Source: Lepidodermella squamata (lineage: Eukaryota > Animalia > Gastrotricha). From it: a stretch of 64,000 bases of DNA. The position numbers and the translations under genes are program-made. Shown piece by piece: positions 22,601 through 36,348 of this stretch (positions are counted from its first letter, which is position 1; each line of letters starts with the position of its first letter). The stretch spans positions 1,922,001 to 1,986,000 of the forward strand of contig JBLDXI010000025.1 in assembly GCA_047495785.1 (NCBI GenBank), written 5' to 3'. The notes under the pieces were generated by a model. That model was not told the DNA's origin and made no database searches. It was given only the letters and a program-made list of their open reading frames with translations.

Positions 22601-25600
22601 AACGCAAGACCCGGTTAAAATTTACCAAAGCGAGCCTATTTGATTATAAATGAGTCATTTTCTTATTTTCTCTCAATTTCCCCATATTCTTCAAGGAATT
22701 GAATTTTTTATTGTCGATTCTATTTTTATATGATGAATTCCTTCGAATTGAATATTTCCTGGTATTGGCGATTTTTCGGAATTCACTCCATTTTTCACCT
22801 CTCTCTGTACTCAAGCATTCTAATTATGGGGTATGAACTTCTCAAGTTCATTGGGGCCGCATTTCTCCTATTTTTCATGAAATCAATCGTTATGAAGTGT
22901 TTAATGTAAGCCAAGGTACCTTTCGCGTTTCTTCCTGGCAGGTTTATTGCTCAGGAGTTTGGCGTAAATTGCTGAAAATCCATCATCATTTGTCGCGTTT
23001 GGCATGGGGAAATATTTTACGCGCGATCTAACTGCCTCTTCTGTTCTGTGTAACTGTAAATGAATGAGTTGTTTTTCGGGATGGTAAACACGCGGTAAAT
23101 AATAATATATGCGCTGGTAATAAAAAGTCACCCCGCGACATCATCGTATAATATTTATTCTGTTGAGATTTTTTTACTCACTCTCCGTAATATATGTGAA
23201 TGAGTGAGAGTGAGTGAGCGAGTAGTAAAGTGATGTGAATGAACGGCGTAAAAAGCAAAAAGCGGCCCGCCACATAAACACCTGGTGATGTTGTTGTTGT
23301 TGCTGCTCGTTGTCTCTTGCTGCCGCCATACAACCAAGTATATGCGACACCGGTTATGAGCTATGATGATAATGATGATGATGAGATGCGCGCCGCTTTT
23401 TGGCGACAAGTGTTTTTCGGGTTGTTTTATTATCATTTATTATATTAATGTTAGTTGGCCGTACTGCGTGTGTGTGTGTTTGCGATGTCAACAAGCCGCC
23501 TTAATGCCGCGAAAAATACTATTACCTGGAAAATCCGCAATAATGGCCCATCTACTTGCCATTTTATCAATATTATTTTTTGTCTGTGCGCGGCGCCGCT
23601 TTTTTTATTTATTAACACTTTACCACTGGCTAAATAAGGTTGTTAAAACAGATTAAATTACCTAAAATCTTGAATTTCTTTTATCTCATTACGGAATTTT
23701 TCCAAAATGAATATTTTTGGAATATTTTATAAATTAATTTCACATTTTATTCAGTTCATTTATGAATCGTTTCTCGATAGAAATTATTCCTCGCGACTTG
23801 AATTTTCTCTATTTGGGTTCGGAATTTCGAAATTACAGCGTGCCCCGAGTTTCGCTGCCATTTTTTATTTTGGAACTTTATGTAGATATTCAACTTGTTT
23901 TTTCACATTGAACCTGTCGGTAGAGAATTTCATTCTTTATCCGCGATTTTACCGAAGAATTATAAATTTACCGGAGAAAACCCGAAAAACCTCGATAGTG
24001 ACTGGTTCGGTATTTTTCGGTATTTTACCCGGTCGGACAAAATTGTTAATGGGTCACGCTTTATATGAAATGGTTTTCAAATTATTCCTCGCAATTTAAA
24101 TTGATTTATTTGGTACGGAAATATTTTTCGGAATAATATCGAATGGTTTTGTACTAAATTGGCTCGTATAATATATTCCATATATTCCATATTTTCCGGT
24201 ATTTTTATATATTTTTCTGATGTTTTTTCTAGGCGCTCTTGCCCATTCACTGACCGATTTTAACATATGGATGTGCGGCGCTTCAGGCGGCGTTTACGCC
24301 CTAATCGGCGCCCAGCTGGCTAACACTGTTCTGGTACTACACATTTTTTTGTTCATCCGGTCACGCTTGATTAACTCCCGATTTTTTGCGTCTATTAGAA
24401 CTGGGACCAGATGAATTATAAATGGCTGTCTGGCTCGTGTTGGCGATTCGTGTTATCAGCCCCGATGCGAATCCTCTTCTGGGTGATCTATTGTAAGTTG
24501 TTGTTTGTTTACGTTAACCTTGCGTAAAACAGCTGGCCTCGCATTATTACCCGACTAAAATATTGTTATTACTTCGACTGTAGGCGCGGCTGATATCGGC
24601 TACACTATCTACCGCAAGATCGATTTAGGGCCCAAGTTCAACGTTGCGATATCGGCGCACATCGGCGGGCTGATTTGCGGTATGTTTATTGGCGCCTGGT
24701 CATGATAAAATTGACGTGTGCATTATTGGTAATATTAATAATAACCACGCGATTAATGTGTTTTCACTCGGATATAAAAAATGACATATATTAAGCTGTT
24801 AATGAGTGTACACAAATGCCTGCGATTTTCTTGCAAGGCTTAGGGAGTGGGAGAATTTTCGGCTAAAAATATTTGATGCTCAGTAAAAAAAGCCTTTGCG
24901 AATTTTAAATTCAATAAGGGTTCTAAAATAAGGACAATTAAAAACGCTATCAACCGAGAAAATGGAGACGAAAATATTGATTTTTGGATTTTTAAACAGC
25001 TAAGTAGCATTTCGTTAATTCTAGTAAAAATTGGAAACGGATTTTCCGTTTTAAATACGCCAGACTGAACAGCCATTCTGGCATGTGGAGGTAACAGAGA
25101 ATTTTCCCCGTGATTCCCGCCCATGCCAGCCTTCTTAGATGCTTCGTTTTGAGCATCTCCGCGGTCCTGGGAAAATATTCGGCTTTGCTAATGTCGACTT
25201 TATGATTTGTAATCGATAGAATAGATTTGCAAAGCGAATCTCGTTGTGTTCCTACTGTCAGCATTTGTAACACAGCCTTCGACGTTTCTTCACCTGTCGT
25301 GCCACTTGGCACCTGATCAAAAGAAAACCAAGTTAAGAGAACTCGATTTCTTATGATTCATTCAATCGTCCCTACTTCCAACAAGTTGAACGCTAAAAAT
25401 CCCAAACATGTCTTCGATCTCAATTATTTCGGATTCGAGGGCATTTTGCCCACCAAAGTTCGAGATGTTCTTGATCGCTGTCGTTTAGAGCCCGTTGCCC
25501 TTGAGAAGAGCTAGATTTTCCAAAGTTCGGCGTGACATTTCGCCAGCTCGCTTTCGCTACATGACGTGTTCAGATGCAAAGAAAAGGCACGAGCAGCCAC

Positions 25601-26732
25601 CGGAGCGATGCGTCGGTATTGCAGCGAGAATTGCAGCCAGGACTCGGCACGCGATGACGTGATGGATGTAGCGGCTAACGTCTCCGCGTACCGCTGCTTC
25701 CACTTAAGTTCGAGGTGGGGGCGGAGCTCCACTGCGAATCATATGAATGTAGGCAAAACCTTGAGGAAGTTGTTGTTTCTGAACTTTAGCCAGTCAGCTG
25801 AGGATGGCATACTGGGGCGAAAATAATTCGATAAGTGACGTCTAGCTGCGGGATTTAATCCAAGGAACTCCTTTGCTTGTTTCGAGAAGCGACGATTTCG
25901 ATGTTTCACCGTTCAGGAATTGATGATGAGGTGGAAGGTTGAGAGAGAAACGAGTCGTTGAAAGAGGCCATTATCTTGAAAGGATAAATGAATATGAGCC
26001 AGTCGAGTCCGATTAGAAAGTTTTGACGATCGAGAAATTCAGCGATTTTCAAAGTACAGAGGAGAAAGGTTTCGAGAACGGGAAATATTCCGTTTGCTGC
26101 TTCGAACCCAAGTGGCCTCAAAACGATCTAAGAACGATTTGAAATCCTCCCCTAGCGTAAAAATGATCAGGCCATGATTTGGCGAAGATCGCTGGCACTG
26201 AAACCACAAGCTTAGATTTTAAAGCGTTAGTCGAAATTTCAACAGTTTCGGCCGTTAATTTGCCTTCCACCTTTTTGAAGATTGACTTTGAAAGAGAGAA
26301 AAATCAGCGGAAAATCAGCATACGGAAAAGGCACGAAAGAAATCTGGCTGAGATTTGAAGACTAATCAAAGGGGAAAACGAGGTATATTGAGGCAAATAG
26401 AGAATGAAAGTAACATTTGGACACTTGAAATATTGAGAAACTAATGTCAAAAATTTGAGTACATTTTATCCCGAAAACTAAGCTTAATTTTTAAAATAAC
26501 TCCACAATTTTCAATTTTAGGGTTGCTCGTTGGACTGCCTATTTTGCGCAATTTATCGATAAAAACGTGGGAGCGCGTGTTGGAAGTGATCTCAGCAGTC
26601 GTTTTCGTGCTGCTCGTCGGCGGCGCGGTCGCCTTCAATATCCTGTACCAAGACATGCCTCCGCTCAACTGGGACTCGTTGGACATCTATTCACAGGGCC
26701 TCTCCAATAAATCGCGCAATTACGCTGGTTAA
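19682..26732 (+). CDS. Rhomboid intramembrane serine protease with N-terminal EF-hand (RHBDL1/3-like); about 7 exons (19682-20137, 21152-21306, 21392-21503, 24233-24333, 24400-24492, 24584-24679, 26521-26732; boundaries approximate)
   Basis: EF-hand DSNTDGYLSYTEF, YSCCPPP, EAWRFVSYIFLHSG, HL..N...QL.LG.PLEMVHG, catalytic GASGG and SAHIGG. Confidence 0.9.
23968..24040. repeat. Short dispersed repeat, copy 2 (in a rhomboid intron)
   Basis: Similar to 4681-4752. Confidence 0.55.
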
Positions 26733-27466
26733 AGACAAGTTACAGTGTGCCTGCCCTACCTGCAAATTATTTTATACACGCAAATTATATCACACCTATT
26801 GAAAGAATGAGAGAAAACGAGCGAATGATTATTGTTGTACGATTCACGCCTCGAGTTGCACTGTAAAAAAAATTGTATTGTCTGGTGTTTTTACGCTTCG
26901 CTGAACTTGCCGTGCTGTTGTTGTTTTTTTTCGAAAAATCTTAGCCGCGCCCTGGCCAGTTTTTGAAAACGAAAAATTACATGGCTGGTGAATAATTTTT
27001 GCATAATATTGCCATTCTGTCAGCAGAAAAAGAAATATTTCAAAGACGACAAAAAAATAATTGCTTGCTCACTCTGCGGGGTTCACAATATAACATATTA
27101 TTCTATTTTGCTAGCCAGTTTAGCGCGTGCTTTTTATTACGTTGCATTGTTATACATATCTTAATCATTTTAGCTGCCTCAAAAAATGACATCGAACTGC
27201 TGAATTTCATATTTTTCGAATTTTTTTAGGGATTTTAACTTTGTCTTTCGACTGGTTTTGATGGTCACTTGATAATTCCGGCTGGTCGCGATTTAACCTA
27301 AAGTAGCTATTAGTTTCAATTCTTATTTCAACAATCTGCTCGAATCTGTTGTGAAAAAATCAGTATATATATATTCCGCCGTCAATCTTCAAGCGTCGAA
27401 ACCAGTATTAAACTGCCATCCAAACAAACCAATCTCAATTGATATCGAAGAAGAAGTAGCGACGAA

Positions 27467-30400
27467 ATGCAGAAAAGCGTTGAAGCAAGTTTGCTGAAGA
27501 CGCTGCTCGATTGGTGCAAGCAAATGACGCAGGGCTATCCGAATGTTAACGTTACCAATTTTACAACTTCGTGGCGCAACGGACTCGCATTTTGCGCCCT
27601 CATGCACAAATTCAACCCAGCTCTGATGTAAGTTCCTTTTGAACTGAAATTATTTTCAAATTGTGTTTGAATGTAGGATAACTTCACAGTTTTCCATCGA
27701 AAATACCAAACTTGGGTAATCTCAAAGAGATTAGAATATTTTAAATCATTTTTCAATTTTGTCAGCATAATTTTTTTTAATATTTTGGGTACCCTTTACT
27801 TTCTCTGAAATCGGATAATTTTTGTAGGAGTAAACAATTTTTTTTATTTTTCTTGAATTTAAAACATATTTTTCGTCAGAATCCAACATGAATTTGTGGG
27901 GCAAAATTTGAAAATATTAAGGGTGTTGAATATATGCAAATGAGCTTACAAATTTAACTGATAATTGTCGGAGAGTTATCATTAATTTTTCAATTTTTGT
28001 CTAATATATCTATTTCCTTATTATTTCCAATATCCAGTGATTTTTCGGCACTCAACAAAGACAACGTGCTTGAAAACAACCGATTGGCGTTCGAAGCTGG
28101 CGAAACCCTGGGTGTTCCGGCATTACTCGACCCCGAAGACATGATAGTGATGCCAACCCCGGACAAAATCGCCGTTGTGACTTATTTATCAACAGCGTAT
28201 TGCCGTTTGAAGGACCGAAAGCCGAGTAAGTCATCATTCAACACGCCCTTTCTAGTAGATTCTTTTATCTCGAATACGGTCGGTAATTTTTAATTGCCCT
28301 GATACGCTACAAATCGAGATAAGATAACAAAAAATTCCGAATTATATACGCAACTCGTTACTTTTATAGACACAAGTGTAATTTTTTCTTGTTTCAGCCG
28401 GTGGACCTCAAGTTGTTGCGAAAAACGCACCCAGGCGTCCATCGATTTACCCAACAAGGCGTCAATCAAAAGTTGTTACCCAAAAGGTGAGGAAATTACC
28501 CTTTAAAAGTTTAGTCACCCTGACGATTTTTTTTATTCAGGAGGGTACTGTCGAAGTCATGGATATTTGTGAATTTTGCAAGCAGCGCGTTCATTTGATT
28601 GAACGCTATTGGATTGGGCCGCATTTGTATCACCGCAATTGTTATGTCAAAAATTCAACCGCCCTGTCTCGCATGTCGGTATCGGGCGACGGGTCGATAT
28701 TACCGCTAACCGGGTCAATCGCCACGCCGGGTGATTCCGAACTGCGAATGGACGCTATGCGGCGAAATAGCAGTCTTGTTACTCAGGGTCAACTACCACC
28801 TAGACCGTCTATAGCGCCGTCTTCGTTGAATTCGATCGCGGAATCACGGCCGAGTGCCGAGGATTCGGATCAGCATTTACGGCTGAAATTTCGCACCCCG
28901 ATTGTACCCGAACCGCCGATTCAGCCGCAAGTCGCCCCGCCGAGGCAACAGCCAATTGCTGAAGAAACTACGCTGAGACTGAACCCTCGGCCAGTTAACC
29001 AAACCCCGACTCCAATTGCGAGATTGCCAGTCCAGGAAGCTAAACCAGCCCCGATAATACCGAAAAACCCGATTTCGGTACCGAAAACGACAGAAATACC
29101 GGCCAAAATACCGAATTCGGAAATTCCGGCGAAAGCTCCTGAAATCCAGCCTAAGGTTCAAGTTATTCAAAAACTGCCGGTTACCAAGGTGAGTGAAGTG
29201 CCAAAACCTGTTGTCACCACGACGCAGTCTCAAATTTCACCGGGCGCCGATGGTTCGGTTATGTCGGGCGACGCGGCTACCTTTGCCAAATCCGACTCAT
29301 TCAAACGTCGAACGCGACTTATCGCCGCTCAATACGAACAAAAAGCCCAGGAAAGCGCGGCGTCTATCCCGCAGAAACCGGCGGTTATCGTGACTACGGA
29401 GGTTAAGGTGGATCAGCCGTTGGTAATTTCGGTTAAACCGGAACCGGTAACTGAACCCGCGCCCTCGCCCATGCCATCCGAGGCGTCGAATTCGAGTGAA
29501 AAGCCGCGGAAACACCACAAGCATCGCGAGCATAGGGAGAAGGGCGAAGACGGTGAGAGGAAGCATAAGCATAAGCATCGAGAGAAGGGCGAGGATGGTG
29601 AGAGGAAGCATAAGCACCGGCATCGGGATAAAACTGGCGAGGCGACACCACCTGTTGAGCCGGCCGAGCAAGTTTCAATGCCGTTGACGCCGTCTAGGAG
29701 TCCGTCGAATTCGTCGACGCAGAGCTTTTCAAGCAAACCGGCCAGCGCCACGCCGTCGCCGTCTATCGCGAAGAGTGATAGCAATTTGTTGACGCCGTCA
29801 AATAGCTCGTCGACGTCTTCGATTGCGTCGCCGAACGATGCGGCAACGGCTGTGCGACCGGCGCAGGTTATTACGAAGTTGCCGCCAGTTTCGACGAACC
29901 AGACTGTGAATGTTGCTACGACCTCGTCTTCCGCCTTGCCTCCTCCTGGCCGATCGTCATTGACATCAACGCTTGTAACCCCGAAACCAACAACTGGTGA
30001 GTTGCTTAATTTCAATATTATGACAGTTACCGAATCAAGTTTTCGATTTTATGGCTAAATGACGTATTTTTGTAGAAAAGGTCCACGAAGAGCATAGAAG
30101 AGTCTGTGACGAAGATCATTACCCGCAATTTATTTTTTGCGATTTTACGGAGAAATTTAAATTCGCTTCGAAAATTATTTGGTAATTTTCGGTATTTTAC
30201 CGAGATGCGCTAATTCTCCGGGTTGTTTTCTTTCGCGTTAAAAAATTCATATTGGCATTTTTAATAAAATTTTCTATTTAGGGAAAATCTTAATGCGGTG
30301 CCAAATTTTATTTAATTCGATACCTAACCATTTAGTTTGGTTATTTAACTGGTTAGGGTTAGGTTAGGGTTAGGTTGGGGTTAGTGGCTATGTCTTAAGA

Positions 30401-33400
30401 TTGGGGACTTGAAACTGATTGGAATAATTTGGTACATAATAAATTCACTGTATCCCTTCAATTTATAATTTTTTATAGATTTCTGCAAAGCTAAAAAGTA
30501 GGACATTGCCTTATATTCCTTCTTGGATTTCCTATTCCTATTCCTTAAATTTTACTCGTTTTGTGATACTTGTGACGCGTGAAACGGTGCATTTTTTCTG
30601 TAGTTCTCAGTAAAATTCGAAAAATACTCAGAATAGGCGCGATTGATTTTGCTTTTTTTTGGAATACGACCAAATTTTGAAAATTCAATCGTTGAACCAA
30701 AATGAATGTGAACTTTGAATTGTTAGCTATTGCGCCTTTCCCTAATAGTGTTTCGAGTTCATAATTTTTGAATCTGCGTTTTAACCACTCCCAGCCATAT
30801 GATTTCTCATTTCACTATTAGGCTCATTTTTGCGCTCTTAACTGTCAGTTTTCTAGTTTACGCTTCAGTCTTCACAGCGGATATCAATTTCTAGTATCAA
30901 TTTTACAAATCAGTGATTTTTGCGATTTCGCCAACATTGGAAATATTTCTGCTTAAAAATCGCGAAAAGAAAAATCGGAAAAATGTATTGGTAGAATCTT
31001 AAATTTAGTGGTGCAAATAGACTATTGAAATTGGCGTAAATTGATTTTGTATGATTTTGTATTTTTTCAGATGCCAGTGATACGACGGCGATTCCAAGTA
31101 GGCATTTCTTCAACCAGCAATCAGCTTGCAGGCCTCATACACTAGAGCTGACTTGCTGCTGTGATTCGCCTGTCGAGGATAAAGAGCTGCTCTACGAAAC
31201 AGCTTGCTATTTCTGAAAAAAACAGCAGCTTGCTGCCAATGAATTTTCCACCACAGGACTTGAAAAATCTCAGTTCCACGTTTTATTATTCTCATTATTA
31301 CTACTACTACTGCAACACTTTTACGATACCCAAAAAACGCGCTTGCTCATTTTTATTTTATTTTTTTTCTACTTGGCTTTAATTTTTACCTGCTCGCATA
31401 AATCACGGCAGCTAGCCTTCTCGTGTCTATGTAATTTATTATACTCATGCACTCTGAATCTGTACCTTGAAATAACTCGCACTCGTATATATTGATGTAA
31501 TCTCAGCGCCGCGGAAAGTACGCCTCAGTGGCACCCGTGCGCGCGGGTCGTCGTTTAACCAAAGCGACGTGGTTGCCCCGGCGCCCGACAGCCTCCAGCC
31601 GTTGGTTCTTTCACCTGTCGACACCGAAAAAAAGACGTTTGCTGATAATAACACAATGCCAGCTGTAATTCCAGCAAAACCGCCAGTTATTACAACTGCT
31701 GCGAAAATGCCGAATTCGGGCAGTTCGGTGGTTACGACTACCGTTGCGAAACCAGCCCCTGGTCCCGCGAGTTCGGTTATGGATAACCGGAAACCGGGTT
31801 CTAACGATCCTGTTTCGAGTTATTCGACGGCTTCTACCGCCCGGCCTGGTCCGATTCAGCCTACGAGTTCTGTTATGGATTCGCATAAACCAGCCCAGTC
31901 GGGATTACCGGGTGGTAGTAGTTCGCTGTCGGCTGGTCCGAAGCATGGCCCAAGTCCGGCCAGCAGTGTTATGGACTCGAAAAAACCACAGTCTTCATCT
32001 CAAAAAGAAAAGTGAGTCTTCAAGTTATGCTAGATTTTAGATTTTAGCGTGAAAATGGAAAAATTCATGAGAATTCGATGAGAAGTTATTTTCGAAAAAA
32101 GGATCAGAAAGAAATATTTGAAAACGAGTCTCATAGCGGAACCAAATTATTACTATTTTTTTTGGTCTTATTTAGGGCGAAGCAAATTTTCCAGTTGCGG
32201 AATAAAATTAGACCGGAAGCGAAGCAAAATTGCGACTAATTGAATCGACCGAAATGTCTATTGATGATATTTTACAATTTGATTTAAAAAAATTATAAAC
32301 CCCAATAATTTACCATGAAGTTCTCCGTTCTCATTATTTTGAGGACACGAAAAATTCACGATTTAATAGAATTATTGTAAAAATTGGGTATTTAATAAGT
32401 ACGTGTTTGGTGTCGAGTTTCCGCTTTTTAAGGCATTCTTATTTATATTAATAAAAAATTGGTAGAAAGCGTTTAGAAATGAACGTGATATTGAAATCGA
32501 TTTTTAGAAATGTAAATAAATTATCCTAATATTTCGAGCAATTTTCACTTGGGGCATTTAATGAACCCGGCCTGAAATGAATTAAAAAATATTTTAATAA
32601 ATATCGACGATCTTTAATCGGAGACATTTTTTTATTTGCCACTGTTTCAGCGGAAACTGCAATCAAAAATGAGTTGCGCTATCTTTTCATGACTCTAAAT
32701 ATTAATTGGATTTTGGTATTTCCATTTTGATGGCGCGATCTGAATTTTCCACCTGATTCGAAAAATTGAGCGAAATTAACATGGTACCTTTTTATTTTGG
32801 CGTAAGAGGTGCATTTTAGCCTTGGACATTTGTATATTCAATTCCTCAACTAATTTTTATTTTCGTTTTTCCTATTCTTAGGGAACCTGAGCCCCCAAAA
32901 TCAACAGCTCCAGTCAAATCGACAACTCCCGTTACCACCGCGCCGGCAATTTCGACGGCGCCCGCCGCCTCTAAACCCGCAACAATCGAGCCAAGTAAAC
33001 CGTTACTTTCACTCGCCGACGCCAAGCCGCTTCGACTTCAAGAAGTCGCAGCCACCTCAACGCCGCGATCAAGCACTGAATCACTCAAGCCAAGAAGTGT
33101 TCACTTCAACGAAACCGTATCCATGGTTCGAATCAACCGCCGCGAGAGTGATCTCAGCCAGCGGAGCTTGAATGCCAGCAGCACGGATACCTCATCGGAC
33201 GAAGGCACGCCCGAGCTAACAAATACCTCAGTCATCGACCGCGGCCGCGTTGTCGAGGAAGATCTAGCCAACATTGGCCCGCCCGTCAAGGCCAAACCGA
33301 TGAAAGTCGAAGAAAATTGGGCGTCAGACAGCGAAAACGAGGAGGAGGAAGAGGAAAACCCGTTTTTAACCGATTTAGCCGGGAAAAATATGGCGGTGAA

Positions 33401-35580
33401 ATTGCCGAAAAAGGCGTTTGATGACGACGATGAATTTTTCGGCGACGAAGTGCGGCGAGTTGATGACGACGTCGACGAGGACGAATTGGAGGCGATGGCT
33501 AAGCGGCTTCAGTCGTTTGCCGCGAAGTTCGAGCAACCAGCTCTTGATAAGAAACCGGCGAAAAGCATCCTGAAACCGGCCCCGGTTGTTACCGAACCGG
33601 AAGTTTCAGCGTCGAAAACGCCGAATCCGTTCGAAGATTTCGGGCATGATGACGATGCGGAAGAACCGGTTCTACCGGTACCGAAGGCTAGGGATAGCGT
33701 AGCCCCGGTTCGGCCTCGCGAACATTTCGAGGACGTCAACCCCTTCGCAGATCCTAGTGAATCGCAGAAAGAGGAACCAAACCCATTTGGCGGCGAGGAG
33801 GAAGAGGCAAATCCGTTCGCCGAGCCGCCCAAACCCGCTACCAGGGTGTCGAAAAAACCCGAAATCGAAAAAAACCCGTTTGGCGACGAAATACCGGAAC
33901 CGGGTAATACCAGGGTGGCAAAAACCGAAAATCCATTCGGCGACGATGACGCACCGCCGAAACCGATGACTAAAAAAGTCGAAACCGAGAAAAACCCGTT
34001 TGAAGACGAAATTCCGAAATCGGGTAAAACCAGGGAAATAAACCCGTTTGGCGATGAAGTCGGTATGGAAGACGAGATCAACCCATTTGCCGAGCCTGGT
34101 TTAGATGAGGTGAACCCGTTTGCTGATGAGGTGAAGAACCCGTTCGGTGGCGGTGGTGATGAAATGGAATCTGCCAACCCGTTCGGGTCCGACGAACCAG
34201 CCGCGGCTAAGCAAACAAAACGAGCGCGGTCTGAGAACCCGTTTGGCGATGAAATTCCCGCAGATGATGATGTTAATCCATTTGCGGATGAATTACCGAA
34301 ACGGAAGGCGAATATTGTGCCGAAAAAACCCGAACGGGACAACCCGTTTGGCGGCGGGGCGGATGAAAATACCGAACCAGGCGGTGAGGAGGAGAATCCG
34401 TTTGCGGCCGACCAGCCTAAACGGAAGGCGAATTTCAGCACCGGGGTGAAGCGGGTCGTCCCGAAACCGAAACCGGCTAAAGTCGCGGTCGATGACGAGC
34501 CAGACGCGGCCCCGGCTCCGGAACGCATGAGCTCTGCGAATGGCCAGTCCCTGCGTACGATTCACATCGAATCGGAAGATTTACAGGCGAAACGGAAAGA
34601 AGCGACAGACGAACTTGATAGGGCCAAGGTCAATGAGTTAGAGGTGGAACTTGAGCTCGAATCAGTCCGGCAACGGTTGGATGAACTCGAACGGAGAGGT
34701 GCCGCTCTGGAGGACGAAATGAGAGCCGGTATGTTTCCAATAGCTTATTCAATTTATTTGAAAAATTATGAATTTTCTAGCAGGTTTTCGATTTTTTTCA
34801 ATATTTACGAAAATTTCGTATAGCATGATTTTTTACTTTTTAGTGAATTTTTTCCCTTGCTCATAATTTTTAAATTTTTAAAATTTTTTAACCCTGTTAT
34901 TTAATTATGCCATTTTTTAATTTTAAACTCATTTTCTTTCTAATTTGTTCACCTAGATTCGGGCGAAAGCATGCAAGCGATGAGCGAGTTGATCTTGATA
35001 GTTAACGAGCGTGACAAGCTAGTGTCGCAAGAATTTCAACTGCTCATGCGGAAAGAACTGCGCGACCTGGAAGCCAAGCAGAAAGTTCTCGAATATCAGC
35101 TGCGCGAATGCGCCGATCGCCAGGGCAGTCTGCCCACTGCGGCTCGGTCATCAATGGCTGGCTTGTTACAGGGCTTGAAAACTGAACTGATCCAGGTGAT
35201 ATCCGAGCGTGATACCAAAACTCGAATGCTGCAAGAAGCAAAAGAACGGTAATTCTTCATTTTTCATTTTCGAAAAAATCACATTTTCAATTCTTAGATT
35301 TTAATTCTAAAATTTAAATTAAAATTTAAATTAAATTAATTTTAATTTCGAATTTCGAATTTCGAATTTTTAGTTTTTGTGAAAATTTTTGAAATTAAAG
35401 GCGTAATAAATATTTTAAAATTTTTTAATTTCTTATTTTTTCTACGATTTTTTTAGCGAATTAGAGCAAATGAAATCGATCGATTCCCTACTCGCGCCGT
35501 CTGGGCCGGCGCCGAAAAATTCAGAAGGCTCAGGATTCGTCAATCAATTGAAAAAACTTGTCTACCGGCCGGCTGACTGA
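27467..35580 (+). CDS. MICAL-like protein (CH domain, half LIM, Pro/Ser-rich region, NPF array, C-terminal bMERB-type coiled coil); multi-exon
   Basis: CH domain [35 protein letters not shown]...LLDPEDM...PDK; [14 protein letters not shown]...YHRNC; 17 NPF motifs; coiled coil [16 protein letters not shown]...[11 protein letters not shown]; stop at 35578-35580. Confidence 0.9.
30351..30385 (+). repeat. Short TTAGG/TTAGGG tandem repeat in an intron
   Basis: ggttagggttaggttagggttaggttggggttag. Confidence 0.6.
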
Positions 35581-36348
35581 ATGAGAGAAATAAATCGAAG
35601 CATCATCATCTATACAAAACAAACGCTCAACCAGTGTCTTTTCCGGACATTATTCTTCCACCTTGAAAATAATCAGTCTTTGATCCACAGAATTTATTCC
35701 ACGCAATCTATGCACTTTCTTCAGAAAAAAAATACAATGAAATCTTTCGCACTTGATTGTTCTGTTCATTCTCTGTTAAAGTTTAGTTAAGTTGATAGCG
35801 TTAGTGACTTTTTTCTGTTTTTTTTTCGTTGAGCCTGATATTCTATGGTGCCAAAAAATGTTGATGTCCTCCAATTTAGGGTTCGATTTGATGTTGACAA
35901 AAATTTTTGATACAGAAAACTGTGTATTTGTTTTGTCGTTGTATTTCGCCTTTTTTCGATCTATTCAGTTTGTTGGATTTTGTCCTGTTGTGAGAGGAGA
36001 CTGCATCAAAATTGTTGTAAAGACGTTATATATTTGAATCAATTTTTTTCACTCGAAATTTCTCTATTTTTTCGCGCCTCTTGATTTCTCCGACCAAGAA
36101 TAATGTGAACTGCTTGATAAATTACTCTAATATATATACTTATATTTATAGGGTCGAAAATGCATGTTCTGTTATATTGTTATTCAAAATGAGAAATTTA
36201 ATTAAAACTTTTTCAAAGATTCACGCAATGAATATGAGTAAATATATTCAAATTTACAACATTTTTTTTATAAACAGCTTTCTTCCTGAGAATCGCCAAT
36301 CACATTCCAGCTATTTTCGTGTCAATCATAATGATTTAGTAGTCAATT

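Noticed and set aside
20140-24230. Short ORFs in the rhomboid introns (e.g. 21598-21813, 23363-23656, 23707-24099)
   Set aside because: AT-rich or simple-repeat-derived frames with no recognisable domains or consistent splice structure.
29413-30015. 200-aa minus-strand ORF
   Set aside because: Antisense to a low-complexity MICAL-like exon; no independent features.
30351-30385. Telomere or chromosome fusion site
   Set aside because: Only a few mixed TTAGG/TTAGGG units inside an intron; more likely part of a dispersed repeat.
33509-34528. 339-aa minus-strand ORF with NG(F/L) repeats
   Set aside because: Antisense shadow of the NPF-repeat exon of the MICAL-like gene.
35306-35372. Palindromic AT-rich run with (aatttcg)n
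   Set aside because: Low-complexity intronic microsatellite; no evidence of function.
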